From: Callorhinchus milii
Lineage: Eukaryota
NCBI RefSeq assembly: GCF_018977255.1
Contig: NW_024704742.1
Span: 53,260,001-53,324,000, forward strand
DNA: 64,000 bases
Reading direction: 5' to 3'
Below the pieces are notes generated by a model. It had not been told where the DNA came from and ran no database searches. It saw only the letters and a program-made list of their open reading frames with translations. A program made the position numbers and the translations under genes. Below are positions 38,935 through 52,290 of this stretch, piece by piece (position 1 is the stretch's first letter; the number at the start of each line of letters is the position of its first letter).

Positions 38935-41900
38935 TTGTAGACAAACACAGTAGTCAATTTATACATCGCAATGTCACAAACAGCAATGGAGTGAATGACC
39001 AATTCTACCTGGGGATCGTTGGCCAGGACACCAGGAGAAACTCCCTTCTCTTTTTAAGTAGTTCAATGGGATCTTTAAGGTCCACCTGAACAGGCAGATG
39101 AGACTTGGTTTAACACATCATTCGAAAGATGTCACCTCTGCAATGTTCCCCCAGTACTCAAGTACCTAGACGGTAAGCTCAAAGTCATGACCTGGGCCAA
39201 CAGAAAAGTGCGGCCACAATTTTTCTTCGGAAACCACTAAAACAGACACCTCTGCTAAAAAACATGTGAAAGTGCAGTTTGCTCAGCTTTGGGCCTCTCT
39301 GTGCTGCTGCCGGGTATTTGCTTGACGTCCTCTGTGCCGCTACTGTGGGCGGGAGAGGTTCGGGACCTGCATGCAGTCATAACACATGGGTTTAAACCTC
39401 GTCATTCCAGTGGCGAAAGCCCTACTTACTGAAACAAGCTGGTCCTAACTCTTTTCAAAAATTTACATTGTTCTTGCATTTTTCTATAAAATTAAAATGA
39501 TGCATCATTAAATGCTAACCTGTGTTTTTACGACACGTTAGCAAAATTGACTCACAATAAACTCTCAGTTCAGAATTTATATTATGCATGAACTACCTTC
39601 TCAGGCGCTATTTAATATTTTTTTGTGCTGAAGCAATCGATGGGATTTCCTTCCTGCATTGGATGGATTCATAGTTGTTCAAATGCAACATTTTATCCCA
39701 TAGCAAAACTCATTCCAAAACAGGATGAAGAATCTCTATTAGTAACTGTGAACTGATGTGGTGGCCTCTGCTTACTCCCAGCTGGATTCAGCCAAAGCTA
39801 AAATGTTCTGTTTGAGCTTCCATTTCCTCTAAACTTTGTCTTTGCCTACACATAAACATTCATTACACTTGACAGTAATAACTGTACAGCATTTTAAGAT
39901 AGTTTGACATATAACGTCCTCCAAAAAATGTTAGTTATCTTTGTGAGCAATTAAATAATCTATTAATAATGTACATAGCCTCAGTTGGTGGCAGTCTCAT
40001 CTCTGATCCAGGAAGTATCAAATGCAAGGATTATTATTTTTTAGTTAAGTGTCACTTGCAGTCATTTTTGAAATAAATGACTCTCTTTTACTTCATGCAG
40101 ATTTGAACAGTCGCAATTTACTGTTACACATTAACAAGTGGTACATAAGTGGAATTCTGTGACTCTCTGCCTCAATCCCTCCACCTTGCCCCCTCCTTGT
40201 CCATCTTCACCTGAAGACTTTCCTCTTTGACCATGTCTATGGTTACCTCCCCTCTCTCCACGGCTCAGCGTCAAGCACCTTAAGCACTCCAAGACGTTAC
40301 CCCATGTGAAGGGTGCTATATAAATGTACTGTATATATAAATACAAGCTGTTGTTCTGCAACAACTTTGCTCTTCGGAATTCCTTTCCGACAATTGTATT
40401 ACAGATATATTTGGTCAAATGACTACAACTACAAGTAGTTCAGCTAATGGTATAATTTGCCCATCTCTTTACTCGTGAGAACAAGGTTCAGAAAGGATTC
40501 TAAACTATTCCGAATTTCCACAGAACATTGATGCTGATGCAGACTGGCAGAAAGTTGGAAAGGAAAATGTTGATGACATACTTGGTTTCTATTACAAGCA
40601 CAAGGCCCATATGGGGCTCATTCCAAGCCATGCAGCTGGACATTGAGCATCTGTACCTAAACCAGATGGATGTATCAAATGCAGTTTGCAGCAAATCCCA
40701 CTTTAAAAAAAAGGCATTGTTTTTACCATAATCATCACATGAGGAAATAGTTTTTGACCAGCTGAAGTCTTGTTCCTCCTCCCCCAGTGCTTTGGAGTGT
40801 GGGAAAATGTTTCCAAGTTTATGATTTGGACACATTGCTGGCTTCAAAATGAAAGCATACGCAGCAGTTTGTGCGCTTGTTTATGAAGCAACTGCAATAC
40901 ACTGTTTACAAAGGCAACGGGTGCTTAATTGTCCCTGTTATTACTATCATAAAAGATTCAACACAATCATATAGGGAATAATCTGCTGTATCAAGGGACA
41001 TAGCCAGTCATTCAGCAGGTTATAATTTGGAAAAGGAGACAGAGAGCAGATTAAAAGGATGAAATGGCTTAACGAGATGGAGTGGGAGCCTGACCACTTG
41101 GGAGATAGGAGGATGGAGGGGGAGCAAGTTCCCGGATAAAATTGATCTTTCCTTTTGCGTTCATTGTTTGTGGAACATCACTGTGCACAAATTGGCTGCC
41201 GTGTTTGTCTTCAAAGCACAGTCACTACACTACAGTATATCCTGTGAAGCACTTTGTTTTGATGATGTGATAAGGCCCTATATCAAATACAAGAATTATT
41301 TTTATTCACACAAATTACCATGATGTGATATCCCTTCCTGTAATTAGATGGATTCACAGTTAGTCAAAGTAACATTTTATTCCTTCAGAACTAAGTGCTC
41401 TGGGATGCTGCCTGGCGTGGAGGCGCTATATAAAAGCAAGTTGTTGTTGTTGTTGAGTGTCTGTTTAGATTAGGAGCGAAAGTCGCAACAAGGAGCTTGA
41501 ACGCACAAAAAGGTGTAAGGAAGAGCAAAATGTATCTGAAGTGAACAGAAGAAAAATATAAAATAAACATTCATTTTGTAACCAATATAGGATCTGGTAA
41601 AAGTCAAAGTGTACAAAAAAGCAGGCAACTGTTTGGACATTGTGCAGAATTTTCTGAGCAAACTATTTCTGGCTATTTCAGAATCTTAATGCCTCATTCC
41701 AATCAAATTGCTGACAGTATCCATTAAATGAATGCTTCTTGTTTAACTCAGTCATAACACAATTCACTTGTGATGCCAGTTACTGTTACTCCTTTATTCT
41801 CCACATCACTGCTAAAATAATGCATGTGTTTGTCTGGGGACTGGGGAATGCAGTGGATTTAATGTTATGTACCATATATAGTACTGATGTGCCAATAAAG

Positions 41901-43169
41901 TATTTTGCCTGGGGGTAGTGTGTTGCATCTAATATTGTTTTGTTGTGATAAACATCACAAGATCAGAGAAGTTTGGATGAAGAAGGTTCTTCGGCTCATT
42001 TGATTTCATCCTTCCAGAATATCAATCCTACCATCTTCCCATTACAGCATCAAGTTGCTTGTTAATGTGCCCATTGTTTGGGCTGCAACCACTCATCCTG
42101 GTGACCCATTCCAGTGATTTAGAATCCTAAATGTAGTCTGTTCATGCTAACAGTTAACTGAAAAGGACAAAGAGTGTACGAACTATGCAAAAAGAGAAAA
42201 ATGCGTTTACACCTGCACCTCGACCCCTTGAGTTCTTAAACTCAGGCTCAGTTGGTTTGGAGATGGAGGCCAAACACATCCCCACATGGAGACAGTGCTA
42301 TATCCAGTTTCTTTTCAGCACTCTCTAGTGTGTGACGTCAGAATGACATTGGCGGAGGCCAGGGTGCAGGTTGCTTGCCCTCTCATCTGTGAATGGGGTG
42401 TGATATGGGGTGTTAAACAGATAAAAGGGATAAAATAACTTTCTAAACTTAATTTTGTGCCTATCAAAGTGAGGGACACTAATGTTAGTAAAAACGAACA
42501 CTTTTTGGGACAGCACCAAATCTCCCAGGATCAATGTTAGCCCAATGTATCACCTCGTCTCTACATCGTGCATGGGATAATAGTACATAGGTAGTTTGGA
42601 ACATATGTGAGTGTGACCTCCAAGGAAGGTGGAAAGCGAACAAGATGGATCTTGGTCTTTTTTTCGTCTCGCATTTCTTATGTTCCGTCTCCAAGAGAAA
42701 ATAGGTTGGCAAGAGGAATTGTTAATCTCAAAAATATCAAATATAAATCAACCAATACAGCAACTGAGGGAACTGCAGCTGAGCAGCAGAGATCATGTGA
42801 GAAACAGACTAATCTGGAAGCATTCGCAAACACTTTTGAAAATCATGTGTTTCCAATTACATCTCAGCAACAAGCTTACACATAATGTTCATGTCAAATA
42901 TTGTCAATGTTGGGAAAGATATCATGAGATTTGTCTCATGACAGGGAGAGGCCCTGGTCAAATTCCCTACTTCTCATTTAGAAATAGTAAATGCAACCCA
43001 ATAAACAGCAACTTCTCATAGAACAACAACAATTTACATTTATATAGCGTCTTTCTTGTTGGTGGCCTGTCTCAAAGCACTTCACAGAACTGACTGGGTA
43101 CTCAAGGTGGGTGGGTAGGGAGAGCTGATAAAGGGGGTGGGGTGGGGGAAAGGCAAAAGAGAGAGGGAG

Positions 43170-44050
43170 ACATCAGCTTGTCTGGCAGACAGCAGGGCCT
43201 GGATGAGTGCAAACTTCCTGCAGCTGAATGTGGACAAAACCGAAGCCATACTCTTTGGCTCCCATCAATGTCTTCACTCCTGCAGATCTGAACTCCTCAA
43301 CCTCCCTGGGTTCTCCCTCAGATTCACCGAACCAGTGTGCAATCTAGGCATCCGGTTCGACCCCCAGTTGTTCTTCCTCCCCCACATCCGGTCCCTGACC
43401 AGGACTGACTTCCTCCACCTCCGCCACATTGCCCACCTCCGACCATACCTTACCTCAAATGCAGCCGAAACCCTCGTGCATGCGCTTGTCACCTCCCGCC
43501 TGGATTATTCAAACACACTCCTCACCATCTCCCCAGCTCCACTACTCAAAGATCCAGCTCATTCAGAACTCTGCTGCCCACATACTGACCCGAACTAAAC
43601 TCTGTACCCTCATCTCTCCAGTTCTACCCAGGCTCCACTGGCTCCCCATCCCCGAACGGATTGACTTCAAGATCCTCACTCTTGTGTTCAAATCCCTTCA
43701 CTCTCTGGCATCTCCCTACCTCTCCGACATCCTCACTCCCCAGTCCATCACCAGCACCTCCACTCGACTGGCACTGGTCTCCTGCTCGTCCTTTGCATCC
43801 TCCGCCCCACCATTGGAGGTCGCACATTCAGCCACTATGCCCTGAAACTTCGGAACACTCTCCCTCAATCCCTCTGCCTTGCCCACTCTCCCTTTTTTCA
43901 AGTCCCACCTTAAAACCTTCCTTTTTGACCGTGCTTACAGTCAACTCCCCACCCAAGCCCAGCTCGAAGTCAGGCTACGCCAATGTTAAGCACTCTGACA
44001 CGCTACCCTGCCTGCAGGGCACTATATAAGTGCAAGTTGTTGCTGTTGTT
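43170..44050 (+). mobile_element. L2 LINE 3' fragment (ORF2 C-terminus plus 3' UTR), frameshifted
   Basis: ORFs give WMSANFLQLNVDKTEAILFG, LVHALVTSRLDYSN, KIQLIQNSAA, LHWLPIPERIDFKILTLVFK, all typical L2 motifs; ends TGCAAG(TTG)n. Confidence 0.92.
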
Positions 44051-45049
44051 GAAAGGTGGCCGAAAGCATGGTTGAAAGAATTAACTCTCATTTCACATAG
44101 TACACTATAATAATAATCCTTGCAGTTCATATAGGGTATTGTCTCAAAGCACTTCACAGTATATACTGTAAGATGTTGTGACTGTTTTTCAGGTGAAATT
44201 AAACACTAAAAAGTAATAGGCAGAGGAGCAACAGAATAAAATGTTCTTTTAAGTATTATATGGTTAATGCAAAAATAAAAGATAAAAATAATTCAAAATT
44301 TATATTTGATATTTTCAAATGGTTGAATTGCTCCCACGAATTCACTTCTATGAACCTCGAAGCTCAATCACACTCATTCTCACAAACCAGCGATATTCTG
44401 CAAGTTGAAAATTGTAAGAATTTACCAGGAACTGAAAGTTCAGGAATCTAAAAGGTCCCTTGGAAGTAGCCTGGGATGTTGAAATTGTGGCCGTAATGAT
44501 GTGGACTGCTCATTATTTGCACTAAATGAGAACCAGATGAAAAAAGCCGCCTGGATTAACACACTCACCAATTGACACTGCTGCTTACATTGTTGGTGGA
44601 GCTCTCAAAATACTTCTACCCAAACTTCCTATTTAGCTATATCAACCTAAGAAGCAAAATGAGTAAGGTCATTTGGTTCATCAGTGAACAAATTGTATAA
44701 TATCTGCTCTATTGTGGCCTCTATACAGCACAACCTACCTTGTGAGGAAAGTCATTCCCTGGCGCCAACACTAGATGAAGGAAACATTCTGACTACTTAT
44801 TGAGTTTTACAATCTTCAGTGGGGTGTAATTAATAATAATAATCATTGCATTTGATATAGGGCCTTATCACGTTGTTGAAACGTCTCAAAGAATTTCTAA
44901 AATATTTTTTTAAATACATATAAAATTTGCAACAATTTATAAAACTGTACATCCAATGAGATCACATTGTTGGAGATTTCACTCGACCTACTCATCTCTG
45001 GCTTGATGTCTACCTTGGAATGAATATTTACGAGATCAAGTCCATTTGT

Positions 45050-45368
45050 GGAGTCCTGTAGCTCAGTGGTTAGAGCACTCGCTTTGCAAGCGAGAGACCT
45101 GAGTTCAATTCCAGGCAGGGCGAAGCCTTGGGCAAGTTTCTTTACTCCAAACGCCTAATAATAATCCCTCCAAAAANCCCAAAACAATAATAAATTGGTC
45201 ATTTTCAATCTACGACTGTTTGTGGGACATTGCTGTGCGCAATTGGCTGCCGCGTTCGCCCACAAATATACAGTCAATTCACTTTACAGTGTGTTCTGTG
45301 AAGCGCTTTGGGACGTCCTCCTGACGTGAAAAGCGCTATATCAAATCCAAGGATTATTATTATTATTA
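45050..45368 (+). mobile_element. tRNA-Ala-derived Deu-domain SINE, family A short form, full length
   Basis: GGAGTCCTGTAGCTCAGTGGTTAGAGC (A box), anticodon arm CTCGC-TTTGCAA-GCGAG, B box GAGTTCAATTCC, Deu-like core CTGTTTGTGGGACATTGCTGTGCGCAATTGGCTGCCGCGTT, L2-type tail AAGCGCTTTGGGACGTCC...GCGCTATATCAAAT and (ATT)n end; near-identical to copies at 17520, 28263, 37843. Confidence 0.95.
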
Positions 45369-45506
45369 ATACCGTGCTCCATATAGCAGGTAAGCATCTA
45401 TGGGCAGATGTGCCTCAATCCAAACAACAGAAGAACTTTCCTGTTGCAGGATTCCTCACATTGGCCTCTCACAGTGAGATGGCCACTTCTTTGCTAAATT
45501 ATGTTC

Positions 45507-45628
45507 AAATAGTGGTATGTTGGGGTATAAATAGTCATATGTTGGGGTATAAATAGAGGTTTGTTGGAGGTATAAATAGGGGTATTTTGGAGGTATAAAT
45601 AGGGGTCTGTTGGGGTAGTGCTATAAAT
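45507..45628. repeat. Minisatellite, about 5 x 22-23 bp
   Basis: Unit approximately AAATAGGGGTATGTTGGGGTAT; TATAAATAG occurs four times. Confidence 0.9.
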
Positions 45629-45954
45629 TCATGCCCTCTTGAATGTGGGTTAATACTGTTAATCTCATATTATAAAAGGTACCCGAGAGATGAGAGAGAG
45701 ATTTCATTTCCTTACTCTGAGCTGAAGTGGAGTCCATGTTCCAGAGGTGATGGGATAGTGTGCAAATGTAATTCCCTGTTTCACTTCTCCCCCCCCACCC
45801 CCTAATAATTTAAACACCTGGATTATATCTCCTCTCTTCCCTTCTGTAAATGATTCAAGCTCATTTCTGTACTCACCTTCTCATAGCTAAGAATCTAAAT
45901 TCATGAATCATTTTTGCACTTCTTTGAACCTTCTGCAAACATGAATATTAATTT

Positions 45955-46372
45955 ATAATAACCCTTCTGTTTGACATGTAACCTTTTTCACATTTGATGG
46001 ACATCTCAAAATACTTCACAGGATTGACTGTGCATTTTGTAGGCAAATGCAGCAGCTAATTTGTGCAAAGCAATGTCCCCACAAACAGCCATGAGTGAAT
46101 GACCAATTTTATCTGGTGGATTGTTGGCCAGGACATGGGAACAAACTGTCTTCTCTCTTTGAATAGTGCCTTGACATATATAACCACCTCCTGGACAGGC
46201 AGACAGGACCTTGGCTCAATATCTCATCTGCAGAATGGCACCTCAGACAATGCGGCAGATCCCAGCACTGCTTTGGAATGAAGTGTTAGAACTAGGGGAG
46301 TTGAAAGTCCTGATGATGGACGTGAATCCACTGCTTTCTGATTCTGAGCCAACTTGAGCCAGGCTAACACCT
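45955..46372 (-). mobile_element. Older Deu SINE
   Basis: Tail, core, TTGTTGGCCAGGACA, TCTCATCTGCAGAATGGCACCTC, head end TGAGCCAGGCTAACAC. Confidence 0.78.
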
Positions 46373-47224
46373 AGCATTTAGAAGCCACAAGCGTAGGCAT
46401 TGAAAAAGCACTGTACCTCTGTCCCTGATGTGTGGTTGCCATGAAGCTCACACACTACATGGAAACAGAATGGTCCCTTGATCAAAAATGGATACTTCCA
46501 TAGAGGCGAGAGGGAATGTGAAAAGGGAAGACTAAATCAAATATATTGGACAAGATTTACAGTAGAAATAAGTTTTAAAAAGATTTAAAAAACAGGTTTG
46601 CCAGTCACACAAATACAAGAAAATAAGTACAAGAATCTTTGGCACCGACAGTCATTTAGGAGTGACTGAGGTCATTTGAAGTTGCCTGTTTTTCCATGTG
46701 TTTCCACTTGTATTGTTGCCCATTGGCTGATTACAGGCAGATTTAGATGATGTATCTTCACACGATGAACACAAACTGTTAGTAGCTGTGGGAAATGCTG
46801 CTGAGTTCCATCACACACTATCTCGTTTCCCATACCAATTGTGGGATGCGTAAAAGAGAGCCAATGAAATTATGGGAAATAAAAAAAATTGAACTTCTAG
46901 ATTATATTTCGTTATCAGCAGAAATGAAATTATCATTTCAATATCTTGACTTATTAGAAAAAAACAAGGTCATGCTGCATATGTTGATGGTCTTCCGTAA
47001 AAAAATACCTTCCATAGGTCTGGAATAATGTCAAGGAAACTCCATCACAGTAACATCACCATAATCAACTACTCGTCCTCACTCTTACCATTGCAGTTTT
47101 AACAACTTAACTAATGTGTGCTATAAAGGCAGATTTTTTNCATAAAGCAGGACTAGGGACTACAGGTTGGAGATTCAGCATTTTGGGACATCCTCCCGAT
47201 GTAGTGGGTGCTATATAAATGTCC

Positions 47225-47770
47225 TTTGTTGCTGCTCTGGTCTGTGTTATTTGCTGATGTGAGTCAACTGTGCAACTCAGCCAACACTGTCTATCTCTCT
47301 GACCTGCTAACCCTCCAGCAACCTGTCTGCTTCCTCCGTTCAGCAGGCTCCATTCCTTCTTGCCATTTGCAAGAAGAAGATGGTGTTGACAAGGTCCTTG
47401 CTCCTCTCTACCTCTGTGACCTGCTAACCCCATAGTGACCTGTCTGCTTCCTCTGCTTACAGGCTCTGGCCTGCTTCACATCTCCCGACCTGCCCGCCCC
47501 ACCTTCAGAGGTCAGGCTTTCAGCCTCCCTGCCGACAGTCTTCGGAACTCCATTCCACAGTCCCTTCAGCTCGCTCCCTCCCTTGCCTCCTTCAAGGCCC
47601 ATCTCAAGACCCTCCTCTTCAACTGCGCCTTTGGTCACCCTCCTAACCCCCACTCACCCTGCCTTCCACCCCTCCTGATCCCAAATCCCAGCATGTGTGC
47701 AATTCCTCGACTCTCCAGCACCTTGGAACTTCCTCCCGGCATAATATACAGATGTAATTTGTTGTTGTTG
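47225..47770 (+). mobile_element. L2 LINE 3' fragments of a second subfamily, with a repeated internal segment
   Basis: TCTA(C/T)CTCT(C/G)TGACCTGCTAACCC occurs twice; CCTTCAAGGCCCATCTCAAGACC; (TTG)n tail. Confidence 0.8.
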
Positions 47771-49087
47771 TCCACCTGACAAGAAAGGCGTTGTATAAAT
47801 GTAAATTGCATTGTATTCTATTTGTAACTACTTTAGCCTTAGCCTAAAGCTCAATATCATTTACACACTTGGTCAACAGTGCTCTTTCTGACAGTTGATG
47901 CCCATCCACAGCCACTTGACACTTGAATAGAAGGAGATGGTGTGGTCAGCTGACAGAAAGAAAGGCTCACTTGTGTGTAAGAAAACCGATCCAAGCATAG
48001 CATTCCAGTGGAGCAAGCCACTTACCGTTTCCTCCCGCTGAATAGAATTCCTGATCCAAGCAGAAAATGTTCTCAATTGCCTGTTTTTCCAATGTACGTG
48101 AACACACTAAATATCAGTCCACTGCCAGGTAGCAGCAAGAGACATTACAACACTGTAAGTGTTGAATGACTGGTGTAAGGCACATATTTTGTAGAATGTT
48201 TTCTGCTGTTTGTGTTTACATTGATTTCCTGAGTGAATGAGTGAAGGAATTGTAAATTGATCGTAGGTTTGCATGACAGAAATAGTGGGCTGTCTGAATG
48301 GTCAGCAGTTTATTCTCGTTCTGTAGTTGCTTCTGTTTGTAAAAGGTTCAAACTTTCTTGCAAACCGGTTGTTTTGATTTTATCAGACCCAATTATACCA
48401 TCCACTTGCAGCTTCGCCTTACAGGGCACTAAAGTTGTGTAAAAGTGTTCGGCAAACTCTGTTGCACAGAGAAGCAGTGCATTTCTTTGTTACAATCGTG
48501 TCAAGTGACCTAATAGTGCATTTCTATTCGATTGTGCCATTGTGGTGAAAAATTGTATGTTACTGGTGATAATTATCACATAAGTTGGACATAATGTCTC
48601 AGTCAATAACTGGATGAACAACCCTCCCCCTTCTCAAATTTGTGAGAATCGTCGAGCCTGAAGCTGCTTGAGGCAGTATGATACATTGATGTGTATGATA
48701 CATTTCTGTATCACATATGTTAATTTTCTAGGAAAGACTAGGAACTTCTGACAGACTGAACTGACAAGGATCATGTCATATTATCTTTTTGTGCATTAAG
48801 TGTCATATCAAGTACAGTATAAAACACATGGAAACAACAGTAATAAGGGCACAACAACTCTGGGTTGTCCTCGGAAGCAGAGAAACAATCTGGCCTTCCA
48901 TTTGAGATGGAATACACAATAGGAACCATTGAAATTTACCAGAAGGCCTTTCGGCCCATCAGGTCAGAATTAGGATGATATTCATCCTGGAGATTAGTCT
49001 ATCAATGTATTGGGTCTGAGCCTTCATTAAAATGTTAAAAATTCTAAATACCAAGTTTTATTCTCTTTCTTACTTACTCCAGCTACA

Positions 49088-49330
49088 GTGTATCAGCCTG
49101 GCTGGTTGGTCTCATTCTCGCCTCTAGTCAGAAGGTTGCGGGTTCAAGCCCAATGTTGGGACTTTTTGCTCAGGGTCCAGGCTGATGCTCCATTGTAGTC
49201 CTGGGGGAATGCTGTATTGTTGTAGGTGCCGTCTTTCAGACGAGACGTTAAATCAAGATCCTGTCTGCCTGTTCAGATGGACATTAAGAATCCCATTCAA
49301 AAAGAGAAGGGAGTTTCTTATGCGGACTCT
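49088..49330 (+). mobile_element. Older Deu SINE, 5' half
   Basis: CTCGCCTCTAGTCAGAAGGTTGCGGGTTCAAGCCC head; GGTGCCGTCTTTCAGACGAGACGTTAAA. Confidence 0.8.
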
Positions 49331-50088
49331 GGTCACCTTCCAAAACCTTGTTGAAATGCCCATTCTTCAAGTGCAAGCTCAGACAGTGAGGCTGCCACTG
49401 GTGAAGGCATGAATTGACTCTGAGCCGAGCTTCTTGATTCATCTATTCACACCATAACGTCATCCAGAGAATTTCAGGTGGAACGAGGTACACAGCATTT
49501 CAAAAGGAAATGAACTCATAGGCTATGCAATCATTTGAACATCGAGGTACAGACTTACTGACTGTGTTTGTTTTAAACTTGCGCCATCATTTACTTTTAA
49601 AATCATAGTACTGATGCCAGTGTAATGATAGTGCCACATGAAAGAAACATTTACTATTATTTTCACAGCTCGGCAAATGACCAAACCAGTTTCACTCAGT
49701 AGCATCAGCTGTCGATGGACTGAGATAATTGAGCACATCTGTTTGTAAACATGCCTCTCCCAGCCGTTTATCTGATTAAAAGTAACTGTTGTCATAATTA
49801 TTACATGGTTGGATGTATATTTCTAATTTTTTTTGCAAGTAGCAAGTCAATAAGGCACACTCAATGCTTGGGGCTATTTACACTGATATACAGAAGGTTA
49901 AGAAGGGATTTAATTTAGGTTTTTCGACATTCTAGAAGATGAGAGTAAACAGTGCTAAGTTTTGAAAAAGCTGCAAGTTGCATTGGCAATTTCTGTGTGA
50001 ACGTCAAACATCTCTTCCCGATTATCGCCAACAATCCAATATTCCCCCAGCTCTTGTCTATGAGCTCAAAGTCACAACATGGAGATTG

Positions 50089-50283
50089 AATCATAGAATC
50101 ATAGAATTATACAGCACAGAAGGAGACCATTTGGCCCATGGTGTCTGGGCCAGCTCTTTGAAAAGAGCTATCCAAATCAATCTCACTTCCCCGCTCTCTC
50201 CCCATAGCCCTGCAAACTTGTCCTCCCCAAATAATTATCTACTTCTTTCTTAAACATTGTATAGAATTGGCTTCCACCACCCT
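50089..50283 (-). mobile_element. Young CR1 3' end
   Basis: (AATCATAG)2 tail; near-identical in reverse to 53285-53456. Confidence 0.88.
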
Positions 50284-51769
50284 TGAATCCACAACCACAT
50301 GACTCAGAAGCAAGAATGCCTCAAACTGAGCCAGGGTGACATCCATTGACACCTTGTAAACAATCCCCTCTCTTCTACACCCAAAACAAATAACTTTTAA
50401 AATTGACCTGGAGGCTGAGCCTGCCTGTTCGTTGAAGGGGATGGGTTGAGGCTAGGACAATGCACTGATTTAAAACGTAGCTTGATGCTATGATGGGAGA
50501 ACGTTAGGATGGGTGTTTTTTTATCCAAACCAATGTTCTGACCTTGTGATTGCATGAACTTCACAGTCAGGAAAATGTTTGAAAAGGCCGGATATTATTA
50601 AAGATTTCAACTGATCCTGATTGATGCCACCATTGCTAAATCAAGTGCAAGGATTATTTACTGTTAATAAAAACATCTCCATTTGAACTACCGTATTTTA
50701 GACAACAAATACCACGAGCATTTATGTAGCACCCTTCACGCAGGGTAGCATCTCAGAGCAACTCGCTACATCAGTTTCCAATGTATTGTGTTAACATGCA
50801 AACTTTGGAAAAGAGGTTTTGTGTTCTATTATAATCTGTCTAATTTATTTGTTCTTCAACTCAGTGAATTATCAAAATAGTTCAAAAAAGTTTCAATATA
50901 AAGTAATAAAAATTGATTCTCTAAAACAGATCATGAATTTGAAGAGGCAGAAAAAATAAGTCACATTTGATATATAGTACCTTTCATGGCAGGAGGAATT
51001 CTCAAAGCACTTCACAGGATACTGTGTATTTTGTAGAAATGTCTGTGTTGCTTAAAATTTAATATCTAACCCCCCACAGGAAATGTGCACTGTTATCTTT
51101 TTTGTTGCTGCTTTTGTCAGGGACAAGTCAGATTTTCTGATAAAACAGAAGATTTAGTGAACAAAAGGTTTGGTTTAGGTGAGGCTGCAGGATGTTTGCT
51201 GTTATTATGAAACTGCAGTCGCCACACAGGAATGAGGAAGGGAAGGACCATGGTCTGTACTGAGCGGCTCACAAACACCAGCCAGGCATTCCATTCCCTC
51301 TGGGATTCTTTTGTAACTTCGTGTCAAAAAGCTGTGAACCTGCCCTGATGTCTATCTAAGATGCCTGTTGAAACGTGCAGGAAAAGTTCCAGTGTATTTC
51401 GAGGTAACGAAATGCACTCGTTGACCAAAGACCATCTAAGCAAATGCCATTTATCTCTGGGCTACATTACTGCAGGTTTCTTACAATTTAACACACACTG
51501 ATCAATGGTCCTCCTACTCCCTCCCTCATTCCTGTTTGGTAACAGTAGTTTCATAATACCAGCTTGAGGAGCCATGGCTTGTTCAGGAAAAATAATGGCC
51601 CGTCATTTTCAAAAAAAATGTGTTTGAAAAATGTTTGGCTTTTATAAACTAATAATGTTGCATAATATCCTTTATAATATCAGTTAACTAGTTAAGTGAA
51701 ATAGTTTTAATTAATTAACCTACATATAAATTTATAGATAACTCCAGACTCCACCACCCGCAAACTCAC

Positions 51770-52290
51770 TTACACCAAACTCCCTCCCCCCCAGCCTTCA
51801 AATCCCGCCGAAAGACGTTCATTTTTGATCATGCTTACAGTCACCTCCTCCCTCCCTCGCCCCTTGGCTCATTGTCAGACTCCGTCACTGTGAAGTGCTC
51901 TGGGATGTGATATAAATGCAAGTTGTTGTTGTTGTTGTATGTCTACCACCCAAGTCCTTGGCTTCACTGTCTTCCTGTCTCCCAGTGGATTGATTACAAA
52001 GTCCTCACCCTCACCTACAAATCTATATACTTCCTGCCACCTCATCTCTCTGATCTTCTCCTACTCTCCTATCTGCCGACCCCCTCTGCTCAGCTAACTG
52101 GGGCTTACTGAGCATCTCTCACCCTCTCAACATCATTATCAGTGGCCAAACCTTCAGGTTACATGCCCTGATCTCCAGAACTCTCCCTCTACCCTTCTCA
52201 CTCATCCCTTCTCTATTGTCTTCAAGTCTTGCCTCAATACTTATCTTGTTGAAACCACCTACGATCACCCTCCCCTCTCCCGCTCAGTAT
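51770..52290 (+). mobile_element. Two adjacent L2 3' fragments
   Basis: Tail ATAAATGCAAG(TTG)n at ~51910-51937, followed by LHCLPVSQWIDYKVLTLTYK-coding sequence. Confidence 0.8.

Larger units (their letters stand above)
38596..39160 (-). mobile_element. Older Deu SINE, host of a hAT MITE
   Basis: AATCCTTGCATTTGATAT tail; SINE sequence is colinear on both sides of 38688-38934. Confidence 0.8.

Noticed and set aside
42607..43021. Overlapping 92-aa and 130-aa ORFs in unique sequence
   Set aside because: No domain recognised and no convincing splice signals; the lengths are compatible with chance.
43137..43845. Longest ORFs (153 and 138 aa) as host genes
   Set aside because: Frameshifted, 5'-truncated L2 ORF2.
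45507..45628. CRISPR-like array (also 53080-53580)
   Set aside because: The units are contiguous tandem copies without unique spacers, there are no cas genes, and the context is vertebrate.
48015..48120. Minus-strand exon ending ACG|GTAAGT
   Set aside because: Good donor but only weak acceptors and no recognisable peptide.
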